DNA of 41,465 bases from a virus (taxonomy: Duplodnaviria; Heunggongvirae; Uroviricota; Caudoviricetes), in the IMG/VR virus record IMGVR_UViG_2917881069_000006, one strand, 5' to 3'. This document shows positions 10,269 to 24,403 of the stretch, piece by piece. The notes under the pieces are model-generated. The model ran no database searches. It worked only from the letters and a program-made list of their open reading frames with translations, and was not told the origin of the DNA. The position numbers and the translations under genes are program-made. Each line of letters opens with the position of its first letter. Position 1 is the first letter of the stretch.

Positions 10269-12826
10269 CGCCCACCTCCGGAGAACAGACCACCATCACG
10301 CATCTGCCCGGTCACGACATCCATTGCCGCCTTACGGGCTACGTCATAAACCGCCTTCAGCGCCTGTGGCCCTATCTGACCGTTCGTGCCGTCGTTATTA
10401 ATCACCACATGGTTATTCTGCTCAAACTTCCCGGACGCCTGCGACCGGCTGTCCGCCAGACTGCCCGGTGTACCGACATAACCACCGGTGGCATAGCCGC
10501 GCATCAGCCGGTAGAGATTCCCCACGCCAATCCGGCTGGTTGCCTCCTTCGTGAAGACAAATTCACCACGGTGAACAATCCCGGCAGGCTCATATTTGCC
10601 ACCGGTTCCCGTAAAACCTCCGGTCGCAAAATGGAATTTCGCCGCAGCAGCCTGAATGGCTGTACCGCCTGACGCTGATGCGCCGCCACCAACAGCTCCG
10701 CCAATGGCGCTGCCGATACTCCCGACAATCCCCACCGTTGCCTGCTTAAGCAGAATTTCTGTCATCATGGACAGCACGGAACGGGTGAAACTGCGCCAGT
10801 TCTGCTCACTGCCGGTCAGCATCGCCGCCATATTCTGCGCAATACCATCAAAGGTCTGCGTGGCAGCACTTTTAACCTGCGACATACTGTCCGTGGCACT
10901 CTCTTTCCACTCGCTCCAGCCGGACTTCAGGCCAGCCATCCAGCTCCCGTTAAGCTGGTCTTCAGCCGCCCAGGTCTTTTTTCTGCTCTGACATGACGTT
11001 ATTCAGCGCCAGCGAATTATCGCCATACTGTTCCTTCAGGCGCTGTTCTGTGGCTTCCCGCGCTGCCTGCCGGTCAGTAAGCCCCCGTTTTTCGCATCAA
11101 TGGCTGTCCGTTTTGCCCGTTGTTGCTGTGCGAACTTATCCGCCTGCTGCGCCAGCGCATTCAGGTGCTCCTGATACGTGACCTTATCGCCAAGTGCAGC
11201 CAGCTGGCGTTTGTACTCCAGCGTCTCATCTTTATGCGCCAGCAGGGATTTCTCCTGTGCGGACAGCTGGCGACGTTGTGCCGCCTCCTCCAGTACCGCG
11301 AACTGATTTTCCGCCTTCCATAAATCCCGGCGCTGCTGGCTGATTTTCTCATTCGCTCCGGCATGCTTCTCCAGCGTCCGGAGTTCTGCCTGAAGCGTCA
11401 GCAGGGCCGCATGAGCACTGTCTTCCTGACGATCGCCCGCAGACACCTTCACGCCGGACTGTTTCGGCTTTTTCAGCGTCGCTTCATAATCCTTTTTCGC
11501 CGCCGCCATCAGCGTGTTGTAATCTGCCTGCAGGATTTTCCCGTCTTTCAGTGCCTTGTTCAGTTCTTCCTGACGGGCGGTATATTTCTCCAGCGGCGTC
11601 TGCAGCCGTTCGTAAGCCTTCTGCGCCTCTTCGGTATATTTCAGCCGTGACGCTTCGGTATCGCTCTGCTGCTGCGCATTTTTGTCCTGTTGACTCTGCT
11701 GTTCAGCCTTCTTTCTGGCGGCTTCAAGCGCAAGACGGGCCTTTTCACGATCATCCCAGTAACGCGACCGCGCTTCATCGTTAACAAAATAATCATCCTT
11801 GCGCAGATTCCAGATGTCGTCTGCTTTCTTAAACGCAGCCTCTGCCTTAATCAGCATCTCCTGAGCGGTATCAGGACGACCAATATCCAGCACCGCATCC
11901 CACATGGATTTGAATGCCCGTGCTGTCCTGTCTGCCCAGGTTTCCAGCGTGCCCATGTTCTCTTTCAGGCGTCGGGTCTGGTCATCAAACCCTTTCGTTG
12001 CGGCCTCGTTCGCCGCCTGCAATGCCCCGGCTTCATCGCCGGAACGCTGCAACTGAGCAACATACGCAATCTGCTCCGCCGTCACGTTATGGAACTGGCG
12101 CGCCATCGCCGTCAGCCCCGACGTCGGGTCAGTGGTCAGCTTCCCGAAGGCTTCAGCAACCTTGTCCACCTCCACGCCGGATGCAGAGGAGAAACGCGCC
12201 ACACTCTGGCTGATGGACGCAATCTGAGCCTCACCGCTTACCCCCGCCTTAACCAGTGCACTGAGTGACTCGCTGGTCTGGTTAAACGTCAGCCCTGCCG
12301 CCTGCCCGGCTCTGGACAGGACCAGCATACGATCTGCCGTCAGACCTGACTGATGACCGGAAAGGACCAGCGTTTTGTTGAACTCAGACAGGGTTGAGTT
12401 GCCCTGATACCAGGCATACGCCAGCGCACCGGTCGCCACTGCCAGCGAGGTGGCCCCGACCATCGGCAGGGTGATCGCACCGGCAAGCCCCCTGAACATG
12501 GGGATCATCCCGCCGAAGGAGTCCTTAACCTGACCACCCTGTTGCAGCAGGATCAGCCACGGACTTTGCCCGCCTGCAAGCTGCGTGGCCACGTCGGTGA
12601 ACTGTGCAGGAAGCATACGCATGGCGGCTTTATACTGTCCGACGGAAATCCCCGCTTTCTGTGCAGCCAGCGCCTGCCGGTTCATCGACTGTTCAACGAC
12701 TGCCGCTGTTTTTTTCGCATCACTTTCCGTACCGGAAAAATGACGCCTGACTCTGGCCATCTGCTCGTCAAATCTGGCCGCATCCAGACTTAAATCAACG
12801 ACCAGATCGCCTACCGGTTCAGCCAT
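10265..12826 (-). pseudogene. H: tail tape measure protein H, reading frame interrupted by two compensating single-base indels
   Basis: Total span 2562 nt equals an 853-codon gene, but the frame from ATG 12826 hits TGA at 11036-11038. The middle frame is open only between two homopolymers (plus-strand C5T5 at 11082-11092 and T6 at 10977-10982) and reads RGLTDRQAAREATEQRLKEQYGDNSLALNNVMSEQ; the original frame resumes as KKTWAAEDQL...MAGLKSGW to the C-terminus. Confidence 0.75.
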
Positions 12827-13253
12827 ACCGGACTCCTCCTGCGATCCCTTCTGATACTGTCATCAGCATTACGTCATCCTCCGTCATGTCCGCCACATCC
12901 GGGGAAGCGGGGATAACTTTATTCCCGTCCGGACCAAAGCGGACGCCTCCGGCAAGCCCTGCCGCTTTCTGCATCAGCACATCATCTTCAGGCTCTTCGT
13001 CAGCCTCACACCGATTCAGCAGACTGAAATCCAGCGGATGCATCTCCGGATCGCTGAAAAACAGGCTGAGCACGGTGTACGTCAGCCCGGAAAAGTGCAT
13101 ATCCAGCAGAACATCATGAAAATAATGGGTACTGTAAAAACGGTGCCAGTCGGCATACTCCGTGGATGACATCCCGGCAAGCATGGCGCGCCAGTCGGGT
13201 CGCCCCATCTCACGCGCCAGTTTCAGGGCAAAACTCAGCTCACCGTCGAACAC
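12819..13253 (-). CDS. T: tail assembly chaperone T segment, expressed as G-T fusion by -1 frameshift
   Basis: ORF FDGELSFALKLAREMGRPDW... has no ATG start (the track start is GTG inside the slippery site); lies in the -1 frame relative to G immediately after GGGAAAG. Confidence 0.85.
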   Translation of the reverse strand: MFDGELSFALKLAREMGRPDWRAMLAGMSSTEYADWHRFYSTHYFHDVLLDMHFSGLTYTVLSLFFSDPEMHPLDFSLLNRCEADEEPEDDVLMQKAAGLAGGVRFGPDGNKVIPASPDVADMTEDDVMLMTVSEGIAGGVRYG

Positions 13254-13648
13254 TTTCCCGCAGAAACAGGCTCTGCAGGCCCGGCGTCCTCTGCCTGTTC
13301 AGGGGCATTATTCACCACAAACTCATACATACCGGACAGCCGGTACACCACGTTTTCAGCATGAGAAATTGCCTCTGTGGGCCAGGTGGTAAGCACTTCC
13401 TGCTCAATCTGTTTAACGGCTTCATTCATGGACGGCATCTGCGTCTTCTTCGGATGGTTATGCCACAGAGACATCGCCACCACAAAAGCGCCGGTTCTGA
13501 TGACGTCTTCCACAGTAAACTTCCGGTTACTGTCGGATTCTGCCTGCTGTTTCATCAGGGCGAGATGCTCAATACGCTGCAGGGCTGACAGTTCAGAAAG
13601 CGTGACGGTCACGCCGTTATATTCAAATGATTCGGTTTTCAGGAACAT
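13235..13648 (-). CDS. G: tail assembly chaperone G
   Basis: 137 aa, MFLKTESFEYNGVTVTLSELSALQRIEHL..., lambda G-like; contains the slippery site near its 3' end. Confidence 0.9.
   Translation of the reverse strand: MFLKTESFEYNGVTVTLSELSALQRIEHLALMKQQAESDSNRKFTVEDVIRTGAFVVAMSLWHNHPKKTQMPSMNEAVKQIEQEVLTTWPTEAISHAENVVYRLSGMYEFVVNNAPEQAEDAGPAEPVSAGKCSTVS
13253..13259 (-). promoter_or_regulatory. programmed -1 ribosomal frameshift slippery heptamer G GGA AAG (G to G-T)
   Basis: Plus strand ctttccc at 13253-13259 is GGGAAAG on the coding strand, 18 nt before the G stop; downstream -1 frame is the T ORF. Confidence 0.75.
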
Positions 13649-13663
13649 CGCTGACTCTCCGGA

Positions 13664-14404
13664 TTAACTGGCGGTGACGGTGATTTCTGCAACCGCAGCA
13701 AACTCACCATTACCGGATACAACCGGAATGTTGACCTTGCCTGCAGCAACGCCGTTCACGGTGATAGTCATACCACTGACCGACACGGTGGCTTTTGTTT
13801 TATCCGCAGACACCGCACGGAAGCTCTTGTCGGTTACACCTTCCGGCTGGAATGCCACGGTCAGCGTGGTGCTCTGCCCTTTCACTACAGAAGCACTGGC
13901 TGGCGTTACCGTCATGCCGGTTGCTGCCGTCACCGTACTGCGATCTTCAGCCATCGACGGGCGTCCCACATTGGTGACCTTCACCGTGCGGGTGATCACT
14001 TCCTTCGCCGTCACCGCTTTACCGATACTGCTGACCCAGCCACGGAACACATCGACCGTGCCGTTCGGGAAGCGGATTTTATAGGCACGGGTATCACCTT
14101 CATTAAACCACGCCAGCAGCGCCTGCTGCCCCTGCTCTCCGGGCATCCACGCCAGCGTGAAGCTGGTATCTCCGGCTGATTTCTGCCCCTGCCCGGTCGC
14201 AGTCCAGTCCGCATCTTCATCATCGAGATAGCTGTCGTCATAGGACTCAGCGGTCAGTTCGCCGGGCGTCAGGTCTTTAACTTTTGCCAGACGCGACCAG
14301 TCAACGTCTGAAAGCGGGTTCGCATAAGGGTCACCGTTCCCCTTATAAACCCACAGTGTGGTCCCGGCACCTTTCACCGGCATTACTGGATTTGGTACAG
14401 GCAT
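13664..14404 (-). CDS. V: major tail protein V
   Basis: ORF track gives 13664-14434; lambda-type start [22 protein letters not shown] at 14404 gives 246 aa; C-terminal Ig-like region. Confidence 0.92.
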   Translation of the reverse strand: MPVPNPVMPVKGAGTTLWVYKGNGDPYANPLSDVDWSRLAKVKDLTPGELTAESYDDSYLDDEDADWTATGQGQKSAGDTSFTLAWMPGEQGQQALLAWFNEGDTRAYKIRFPNGTVDVFRGWVSSIGKAVTAKEVITRTVKVTNVGRPSMAEDRSTVTAATGMTVTPASASVVKGQSTTLTVAFQPEGVTDKSFRAVSADKTKATVSVSGMTITVNGVAAGKVNIPVVSGNGEFAAVAEITVTAS

Positions 14405-14411
14405 ATCGTCC

Positions 14412-14807
14412 TCACATTTCATAGGTAATGACATAAGTCAGATCGGCTGAACTCCACAGGCCCGCATCATCGTCGCGTCGGTAGTCATAGCCACTGGCCA
14501 CCATACTGGTGATCAAATCTGACAGTGCCGGAATATCGCTCATCACCGGATAAATCCGGGACTCCATCCACGAATCCAGCTCTGAATCCGGCACCTGAGC
14601 AGGCAGGAAAACTTCAATATGCAGCTCCGCCTGCCAGGTATCGCTGTCCAGCTCTTCGCCCGTGTATTCAGCGCCGGTGAGATAAACGGCAATTGCCGGA
14701 AAATCTTCCTCATCAAAAACAGCGGGGCGACCATCAAAAAGCGTCGCCCCGGTGTCATGCTTCTCCAGTGCATCCAGTACGGCTGCACGGAGTTCAGTAT
14801 GTTTCAT
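14412..14807 (-). CDS. U: tail terminator protein U
   Basis: 131 aa, [26 protein letters not shown]..., lambda U-like; 4-nt overlap with Z. Confidence 0.9.
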   Translation of the reverse strand: MKHTELRAAVLDALEKHDTGATLFDGRPAVFDEEDFPAIAVYLTGAEYTGEELDSDTWQAELHIEVFLPAQVPDSELDSWMESRIYPVMSDIPALSDLITSMVASGYDYRRDDDAGLWSSADLTYVITYEM

Positions 14808-15382
14808 CGCTTTATTACCATTCTCAGTTGATGCTGCAGCGCATAGCCCAGCTCTTTCGGAAGACGCTCACGCCGTATCCGTTCAATATTCTGTTTAAAT
14901 GCCGTGGTCAGCGGCACCGCCATCGGGATTTTCACCACATCAATGGGGTAACGGTTTTTCCCGGCCACACGCTGCATGACATGCCACCGGCCATTTTTCA
15001 GTTGCTGAATAAACGCGCCGGGAATACGACGGTTACCCACCACAAGCACGCTGCCGCCACCTTTCAGGGCTGAACGCTGCCCCTTTTTACGACGCCTGCG
15101 GCGGGACAGGACAACCCGCGCGTTACCCAGCTTGATTACGGGCAAATCCCCCCGGTTAACCTTGATTCTGGCCTGCGGATTTTTAACCGTGGCCCTTTTC
15201 AGCCAGGCCCTTTCCTTTACCAGTTTCCGGCGTACCTTTGTCTCACGGGCAACCTGTGACGCCGACTGCGATATCGCGGATGAAGCAACGCGGTTAATGG
15301 CCATTGCGGCGGCACCAGGCACCGCCGTTTTGCTGATACGGCTGAGGTTTTCAACGGCCTGCTCAAGACCTTTTATGGCCAT
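14804..15382 (-). CDS. Z: tail completion protein Z
   Basis: 192 aa, lambda Z-like, basic RRRRRKKGQRS stretch. Confidence 0.9.
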   Translation of the reverse strand: MAIKGLEQAVENLSRISKTAVPGAAAMAINRVASSAISQSASQVARETKVRRKLVKERAWLKRATVKNPQARIKVNRGDLPVIKLGNARVVLSRRRRRKKGQRSALKGGGSVLVVGNRRIPGAFIQQLKNGRWHVMQRVAGKNRYPIDVVKIPMAVPLTTAFKQNIERIRRERLPKELGYALQHQLRMVIKR

Positions 15383-15393
15383 ACATCCCCCTT

Positions 15394-15747
15394 TCAGCGG
15401 CGACGGTTAACTGCAGGCGGTACCCCCCGCCCAAGCCAGAGATGACAGCTTCCGCCATCATCCGGCGTAACCCGATCTACCCAGAAGTTTTCCTCACCGA
15501 TGGTCAGTGTGTCTCCGCGCCGCAGCTGCTGCACATCATCAGTCCGGACAAACAGGGACGGGCTGGAGCCTTCAACGCGCACGCCCTGTCCGGCATAGCT
15601 GATATTTTCAGGGTCATCAAAAACACCACGTATCACAGCACCGGACTGCTCACCGGATGTAATGGTGGCTGACGTTCCCATGTACCCGCGTATCGTTTCA
15701 TCGGCGCGGGCAATGGCGGCATCGAACAGGTTATCGAAATCAGCCAC
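15394..15747 (-). CDS. FII: head-tail joining protein FII
   Basis: 117 aa, MADFDNLFDAAIARADETIRGYMG..., lambda FII-like. Confidence 0.9.
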   Translation of the reverse strand: MADFDNLFDAAIARADETIRGYMGTSATITSGEQSGAVIRGVFDDPENISYAGQGVRVEGSSPSLFVRTDDVQQLRRGDTLTIGEENFWVDRVTPDDGGSCHLWLGRGVPPAVNRRR

Positions 15748-15758
15748 AGCGCCTCCCG

Positions 15759-16154
15759 TTATTGCATTCTGGCCAGGCCACGTTCTGTCATTTCAGCTGC
15801 CATACCGGCAGAGACACGAAACGCCGTTCCCGGCAGCACAAATGCCACAGGTTCATCCCGCGTGGCGTGAAGTGCATCAGTATGCAGCGTCACCAGTGCC
15901 ACGACCGTGACCAGAGCAGCCGTATCAATCATGGTATCCGGCTGCGCTGATACCACCTCATTTTCATGTCCGGTCAGCGCATTTTCCGGTCTGAGAGGGG
16001 TATCCTGACCGGCAGCGTCATCCGTGTCATCAAGCTCCTCTTCCAGCTCTGCCACACGGAGCGCCAGTTCTTCTTTCGTCCCCGTCAGGCTGACATCACG
16101 GTTCAGTTGCTCACCCAGCGACCGGAGACGGACAATCAGTTCATCTTTCGTCAT
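15759..16154 (-). CDS. FI: DNA packaging accessory protein FI
   Basis: ORF track 15759-16193; lambda-type start MTKDELIVRLRSLGEQLNRD at 16154 gives 131 aa. Confidence 0.88.
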   Translation of the reverse strand: MTKDELIVRLRSLGEQLNRDVSLTGTKEELALRVAELEEELDDTDDAAGQDTPLRPENALTGHENEVVSAQPDTMIDTAALVTVVALVTLHTDALHATRDEPVAFVLPGTAFRVSAGMAAEMTERGLARMQ

Positions 16155-16195
16155 GGACTCCTCCACAGAGAGAAAATGGCCCCGAAGGGCCACGA

Positions 16196-17221
16196 TTACG
16201 CCAGTTGTACGGACACGAACTCATCAGGGTCAGCCAGCAGCATCAGCGGTGCTGACTGAATCATGGTGAACTCACGCGCCGGATCGCCGGTGGTCACCCA
16301 GTTTTTCGGGTAACGGGCAGAGGCGTTAATGCCTTCGCGCTGTGCGTCCGCATCCTGAATGCAGCCATAGGTGCGCAGACCGCGTGCCTGAGTGTTCCCC
16401 AGTACCATCGTGTTGTCCGGCAGGAAGTTCTTTTTGACGCCGTTTTCCACGTACTGTCCGGAATACACGACGATGGCCACATCGCCATACATCCCCTTAT
16501 AGGACACCGCTTTACCCAGGTCTTTCACCGCTGTCTCCAGCTCGGAATGAGAGCCGCGACGGGTATCCAGCTTCTCCTTGACGGCTTTGAAGGAACGGAA
16601 CAGCGCCCAGCCTTTCGGATCAAACACGATGATATTCACCACACCGCTGGCGTTCAGCGCGTAGGCTTCGATATCATCGGTCGGGTCATACGTGGACTTG
16701 TCGCGCTTGCTCCACTCCGTGCCACCGGACTGTGTGATGTTGTTCGCCGCACTGCGCCCCATATCCACCTCAACCGGATCAAAGGCTTCACCGGTCATGG
16801 TGTATTTGCCCTTAAGCACGGCAGAAACTGCCTGCATCTCTTCGACCTGGGCAATGGCCAGCTCTTCATCACGCATGTTCTGCATGATGATGCGACGGCG
16901 GCGGTAAGCCGGGTCCGCCAGATTCTGCGGATCTTCATCCGGCAGGCGACGCAGGGTCATCTGCGGATTCACCTCATGCTTCGGCTTGACATATCCCGGC
17001 GTAAATTCAGAGGTGGAGCCGCCACGGGAACGGATAACCTCACCGGAAACAATCGGCGAAACGTACAGCGCCATGTTTACCAGTCCCGGAATTTGTGAGA
17101 GATAGACTTTCTCCGTGGTGAAGGGATAGCTCTCACGGAAAAAGAGACGCAGAAACAGCGGATCAAACTTAAATTTCTGCTCATTTGCCGCCAGCAGCTG
17201 GGCGGTTGTGTACATCGACAT
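16196..17221 (-). CDS. E: major capsid protein E
   Basis: ORF track 16196-17248; start MSMYTTAQLLAANEQKFKFDP at 17221 gives 341 aa as in lambda E. Confidence 0.95.
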   Translation of the reverse strand: MSMYTTAQLLAANEQKFKFDPLFLRLFFRESYPFTTEKVYLSQIPGLVNMALYVSPIVSGEVIRSRGGSTSEFTPGYVKPKHEVNPQMTLRRLPDEDPQNLADPAYRRRRIIMQNMRDEELAIAQVEEMQAVSAVLKGKYTMTGEAFDPVEVDMGRSAANNITQSGGTEWSKRDKSTYDPTDDIEAYALNASGVVNIIVFDPKGWALFRSFKAVKEKLDTRRGSHSELETAVKDLGKAVSYKGMYGDVAIVVYSGQYVENGVKKNFLPDNTMVLGNTQARGLRTYGCIQDADAQREGINASARYPKNWVTTGDPAREFTMIQSAPLMLLADPDEFVSVQLA

Positions 17222-17276
17222 AAAAAAATCCCGTAAAAAAAGCCGCACAGGCGGCCTTTAGTGATGAAGGGTAAGG

Positions 17277-17609
17277 TTAAACGATGCTGATTGCCGTTCC
17301 GGCAAACGCGGTCCGTTTTTTCGTCTCGTCGCTGGCAGCCTCCGGCCAGAGCACATCCTCATAACGGAACGTGCCGGACTTGTAGAACGTCAGCGTGGTG
17401 CTGGTCTGGTCAGCAGCAACCGCAAGAATGCCAACAGCAGCACCGTCGGTGGTGCCATCCCACGCAACCAGCTTACGGGTGGAGGTGTCCAGCATCAGTG
17501 GGGTCATTGCAGGCGCTTTCGCACTCAATCCGCCGGGCGCGGTTGCGGTATGAGCCGGGTCACTATTGCCCAGCGGCTGGTAATGGGTAAAGGTTTCTTT
17601 GCTCGTCAT
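17277..17609 (-). CDS. D: head decoration protein D
   Basis: [27 protein letters not shown]..., 110 aa, lambda D-like. Confidence 0.95.
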   Translation of the reverse strand: MTSKETFTHYQPLGNSDPAHTATAPGGLSAKAPAMTPLMLDTSTRKLVAWDGTTDGAAVGILAVAADQTSTTLTFYKSGTFRYEDVLWPEAASDETKKRTAFAGTAISIV

Positions 17610-17618
17610 AAACATCCC

Positions 17619-18224
17619 TTACACTGGTGTGTTCAGCAAATCATTAACGGCATCAGATGCCGGGTTACCTGCAGCCAGCGGTGCCGGTGCCCCCTGCATC
17701 AGACGATCCAGCGCAGTGTCACTGCGCGCCTGTGCACTCTGTGGTGCTGCGGCCAGAATGCGGCGGGCCGTTTCCACGGTCATACCGGGGGTTTCTGCCA
17801 GCACGCGTGCCTGTTCTTCGCGTCCGTGAGCCTCCTCACAGTTGAGGATCCCCATAATGCGGCTGTTTTCTGCCGCAACCGCTGCGGTGATCTGCGCGTT
17901 CACGTCCGGCTGCGCCGCGCTGGCGTTTTCGCCCTCCGTCGCTGGCACCACGTCAGTAACGTCAGCCTGCGAAGCAGTGGCTGAAACAGTTGTTGATTGA
18001 GTCTCTTTGGTCATTCGCCCTCCTGAGAGACGGGATTTACGTGCATCCAGTGCATCACGCATAACGGTGATCGCATCGGTGCTGTTGACAAGTTCATCAG
18101 CCAGTCCGGCATCAATGGCCTCCTGACCGCTGTACACTGCAGCCTCGGTATCCAGCACAGCCTGCACGGACAGGCCGGTATATGCCGACACCTTCTGCGC
18201 AAACATCTGGCGGGTTGCATCCAT
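17619..18224 (-). CDS. nu3: scaffolding protein Nu3 (in-frame internal start within C)
   Basis: Internal Met (MDATRQMFAQKV...) at the position where lambda Nu3 starts, giving the 201-codon C-terminal nested product; inferred from lambda organisation. Confidence 0.6.
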   Translation of the reverse strand: MDATRQMFAQKVSAYTGLSVQAVLDTEAAVYSGQEAIDAGLADELVNSTDAITVMRDALDARKSRLSGGRMTKETQSTTVSATASQADVTDVVPATEGENASAAQPDVNAQITAAVAAENSRIMGILNCEEAHGREEQARVLAETPGMTVETARRILAAAPQSAQARSDTALDRLMQGAPAPLAAGNPASDAVNDLLNTPV

Positions 18225-18918
18225 CCGGGACTGCAGTGTCTCCCGGACGTCATCCGGAAGATGGCTGTAGGGGTTGCCATCCACCTTATGGCTGCCGCTG
18301 TAAATCAGCGTGATTTCCACACCCTGTTTCTCCAGCGCAGCACCGTAATTACTGTGAGCCATCATGACGCCGATGGAGCCTGTCCGGGCGGTCTGTGTGA
18401 CCAGACGCCGGGAGGCGGCACTGGCAAGCAGCTGACCTGCGCTGCAGTTCATGTCATTGGCCAGCGCCCATACCGGCTTTATGTCACGCACACGGGCGAT
18501 GATGTCAGCGCAGTCAAATGCCCCCGCCACCATTCCGCCTGGCGTGTCCATATCGAGCAGAATGCCGTCCACCATCGGGTCGCTGGCAGCCTGTTGCAGA
18601 CGGGCGATAATGCCGTTGTAACCGGTCATCCCCGAGTACGGCTGCAGCGCCCGCGTCCGGCTGACCAGCGTGCCGGACACCGGCAGCACGGCGATGCCGT
18701 TCATGACCTGATAACTGCGGGCCTGTCGTGGTCCGTCATCATCACCGGATAACGCCAGCGTCGCGGGTGCCTCCGGGGCAGTCAGGCTGTCACCGGACAC
18801 CGCATCCGTCAGGCGGCTGATCCCAAGCTGGCCTGCAAGCGCACAAAAGAAAACCCGCGCATAGGCGGGTTCAAGCATCAGCGGCTCATTAAAGGCCATG
18901 CTGGCAATATGCGGGAGA

Positions 18919-18938
<20 letters not shown>
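17619..18938 (-). CDS. C: head maturation protease / minor capsid protein C
   Basis: ORF track 17619-19052; lambda-type start at GTG 18938 (VTAELRNLPHIASMAFNEPLM) gives 439 aa; ClpP/SppA-like serine protease fold residues. Confidence 0.9.
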
Positions 18939-22619
<3,681 letters not shown>

Positions 22620-22645
<26 letters not shown>

Positions 22646-23165
22646 TCAGCAACCCCGGTATCAGTTCATCCAGCGCGGCTGCTTTGTTCATGGCTTTGAT
22701 GATATCCCGTTTCAGGAAATCAACATGTCGGTTTTCCAGTTCCGGAAAACGCCGCTGCACCGACAGGGGGATCCCGTCGAGAATACTGGCAATTTCACCT
22801 GCGATCCGCGACAGCACGAAAGTACAGAATGCGGTTTCCACCACTTCAGCGGAGTCTCTGGCATTCTTCAGCTCCTGTGCGTCGGCCTGCGCACGCGTAA
22901 GTCGATGGCGTTCGTACTCAATAGTCCCTGGCTGCAGATCTGTCTCGCTGGCCTGCCGCAGTTCTTCAACCTCCCGGCGCAGCTTTTCGTTCTCAATTTC
23001 AGCATCCCTTTCGGCATACCATTTTATGGCGGCGGCAGGGTCATAAAGCACCTCATTACCCTTGCCGCCACCCCGCAGAACGGGCATTCCCTGCTCCTGC
23101 CAGTTCTGAATGGTACGGATACTCGCGCCGAAAATGTCAGCCAGCTGCTTTTTGTTGACTTCCAT
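22620..23165 (-). CDS. nu1: terminase small subunit Nu1
   Basis: 181 aa, MEVNKKQLADIFGASIRTIQNWQEQGMPVLRGGGKGNEVLYD..., winged-HTH N-terminus as in lambda Nu1. Confidence 0.95.
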
Positions 23166-23179
23166 TGTTCATTCCACGG

Positions 23180-23365
23180 ACAAAACAGAGAAAGGAAACG
23201 ACAGAGGCCAAAAAGCCCGTTTTCAGCACCTGTCGTTTCCTTTCTTTTCAGGGGGTGTTTTAAATAAAAACATTAAGTTACGGCGAAGAAGAACGGAAAC
23301 GCCTTAAACCGGAAAATTTTCATAAATAGCGAAAACCCGCGCGCCTTCCGCCCCGTAACGCTCCG
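23180..23365 (-). other. cos packaging site (cosB with cosN core near 23335-23360)
   Basis: Sequence upstream of nu1 closely resembles the lambda left end from memory (CGCGGGTTTTCGCTATTTATGAAAATTTTCCGGTTTAAGGCGTTTCCGTTCTTCTTCG on the minus strand); the cohesive-end core reads GGGCGGAAGGCG instead of the remembered GGGCGGCGACCT. Confidence 0.6.
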
Positions 23366-23402
23366 GATCACCGGAAAGGACCCGTAAGACAGAAGATCAG
23401 GT

Positions 23403-23612
23403 TTACCTACTGTGTAAATCTCCATCCTTCAGCCCTGTCATCAGCGCCTGATTAACTAACGGCATCAGTTCGTGAACGATGGCAAGAAACTCCAGGAAAA
23501 GTTCGTTCTGAGTCTTCTCATCTGCCTCAGCCTGTCGCTGCTCGTATTCCTTCACCTTACTTTCAAGTTGGTTAATACGTGCATTGAGTGCCTCGAAAAC
23601 AGCTACTGACAT
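23403..23612 (-). CDS. hypothetical small coiled-coil protein next to cos
   Basis: 69-aa ORF from internal Met (MSVAVFEALNARINQLESKVKEYEQRQ...) with RBS GAGG 5 nt upstream; longer 105-codon track ORF has an implausible N-terminus. Confidence 0.45.
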   Translation of the reverse strand: MSVAVFEALNARINQLESKVKEYEQRQAEADEKTQNELFLEFLAIVHELMPLVNQALMTGLKDGDLHSR

Positions 23613-23990
23613 ATCTACCTCAAAGCAATAAAAGAAATGCGTGCGGCCACGGTCGCACAGACCTGAATACACGTCCTGTTTCTTCCACCCCCGCACAGGA
23701 CTGGCGAGCATGAGGGACAACCCCGCGAATCATAAACGCGGTAAAAACCCGGTGTGCATCGTTTTTGATTATTCCCGCACACTCGCGCAGAAGGAGTTCC
23801 CCGTCGGGCTACGGTCATGGTTAATGCGGGAATACAGCGACGATACAGCGCATGATGTGTCAGGCTTGAATACCTTTATCGAATCCCGGTAACGAATTCT
23901 CCTGACGTTCCAGTCAGGTGATGATATGCATGGTGAGATTCAGATATGAAAAAGCCCCGCTAAAAGCGAGGCCATAAATCACTTAATATC

Positions 23991-24365
23991 TTATTGAGGA
24001 CGCTGGAGTAATCCGTGCTGAGCGAGAGTTAGAGCAATGTCATAAGACCCTTGCCTGTCTTTATAGCAAGTTTTATCAACTAGCTCAGCTTTGCTAATTC
24101 CGGGTAAATCAAGAATCAGATTCGCAACTTCAATTGCCCTTTGGTACAACTTACCGATCTTTTTCTCCCCATGATGTGGTTTTACATTCTTCAGATAACC
24201 GCTATCCGCCAGAGCGAGAAACGTTGCCCTTGGGCATCCCTTCTTTCTTGCCGATTCGCTTTCTGTAACCTCAGCGACAGCAGCATCCCATGCATCACGC
24301 GGGGATATTGAATTATCAGCAACCAAATAATAAGCAATTAAAGCGGCGCGCGCGTATTGAGACAT
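23991..24365 (-). CDS. hypothetical protein (moron position between spanin genes and cos)
   Basis: 124-aa ORF from MSQYARAALIAYYLVADNSISPRDAWDAAVAEV...; same strand as lysis genes; imperfect stem-loop plus T-run just downstream (about 23945-23975); no family recognised. Confidence 0.5.
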   Translation of the reverse strand: MSQYARAALIAYYLVADNSISPRDAWDAAVAEVTESESARKKGCPRATFLALADSGYLKNVKPHHGEKKIGKLYQRAIEVANLILDLPGISKAELVDKTCYKDRQGSYDIALTLAQHGLLQRPQ

Positions 24366-24403
24366 AATGCATCCATATACAAAAATCTTATGATAAGACT
24401 TTT

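Noticed and set aside
11690-12268. ORFs antisense to H and other structural genes (for example 11690-12268, 11914-12213, 8545-8910, 16547-17098, 18261-18752, 20086-20526)
   Set aside because: Each overlaps a confidently assigned phage gene on the opposite strand and has a biased, non-protein-like composition
23641-23892. 83-aa plus-strand ORF near cos considered as a bor-like gene
   Set aside because: No signal peptide or lipobox, weak RBS, Arg/Pro-rich N-terminus; probably not coding
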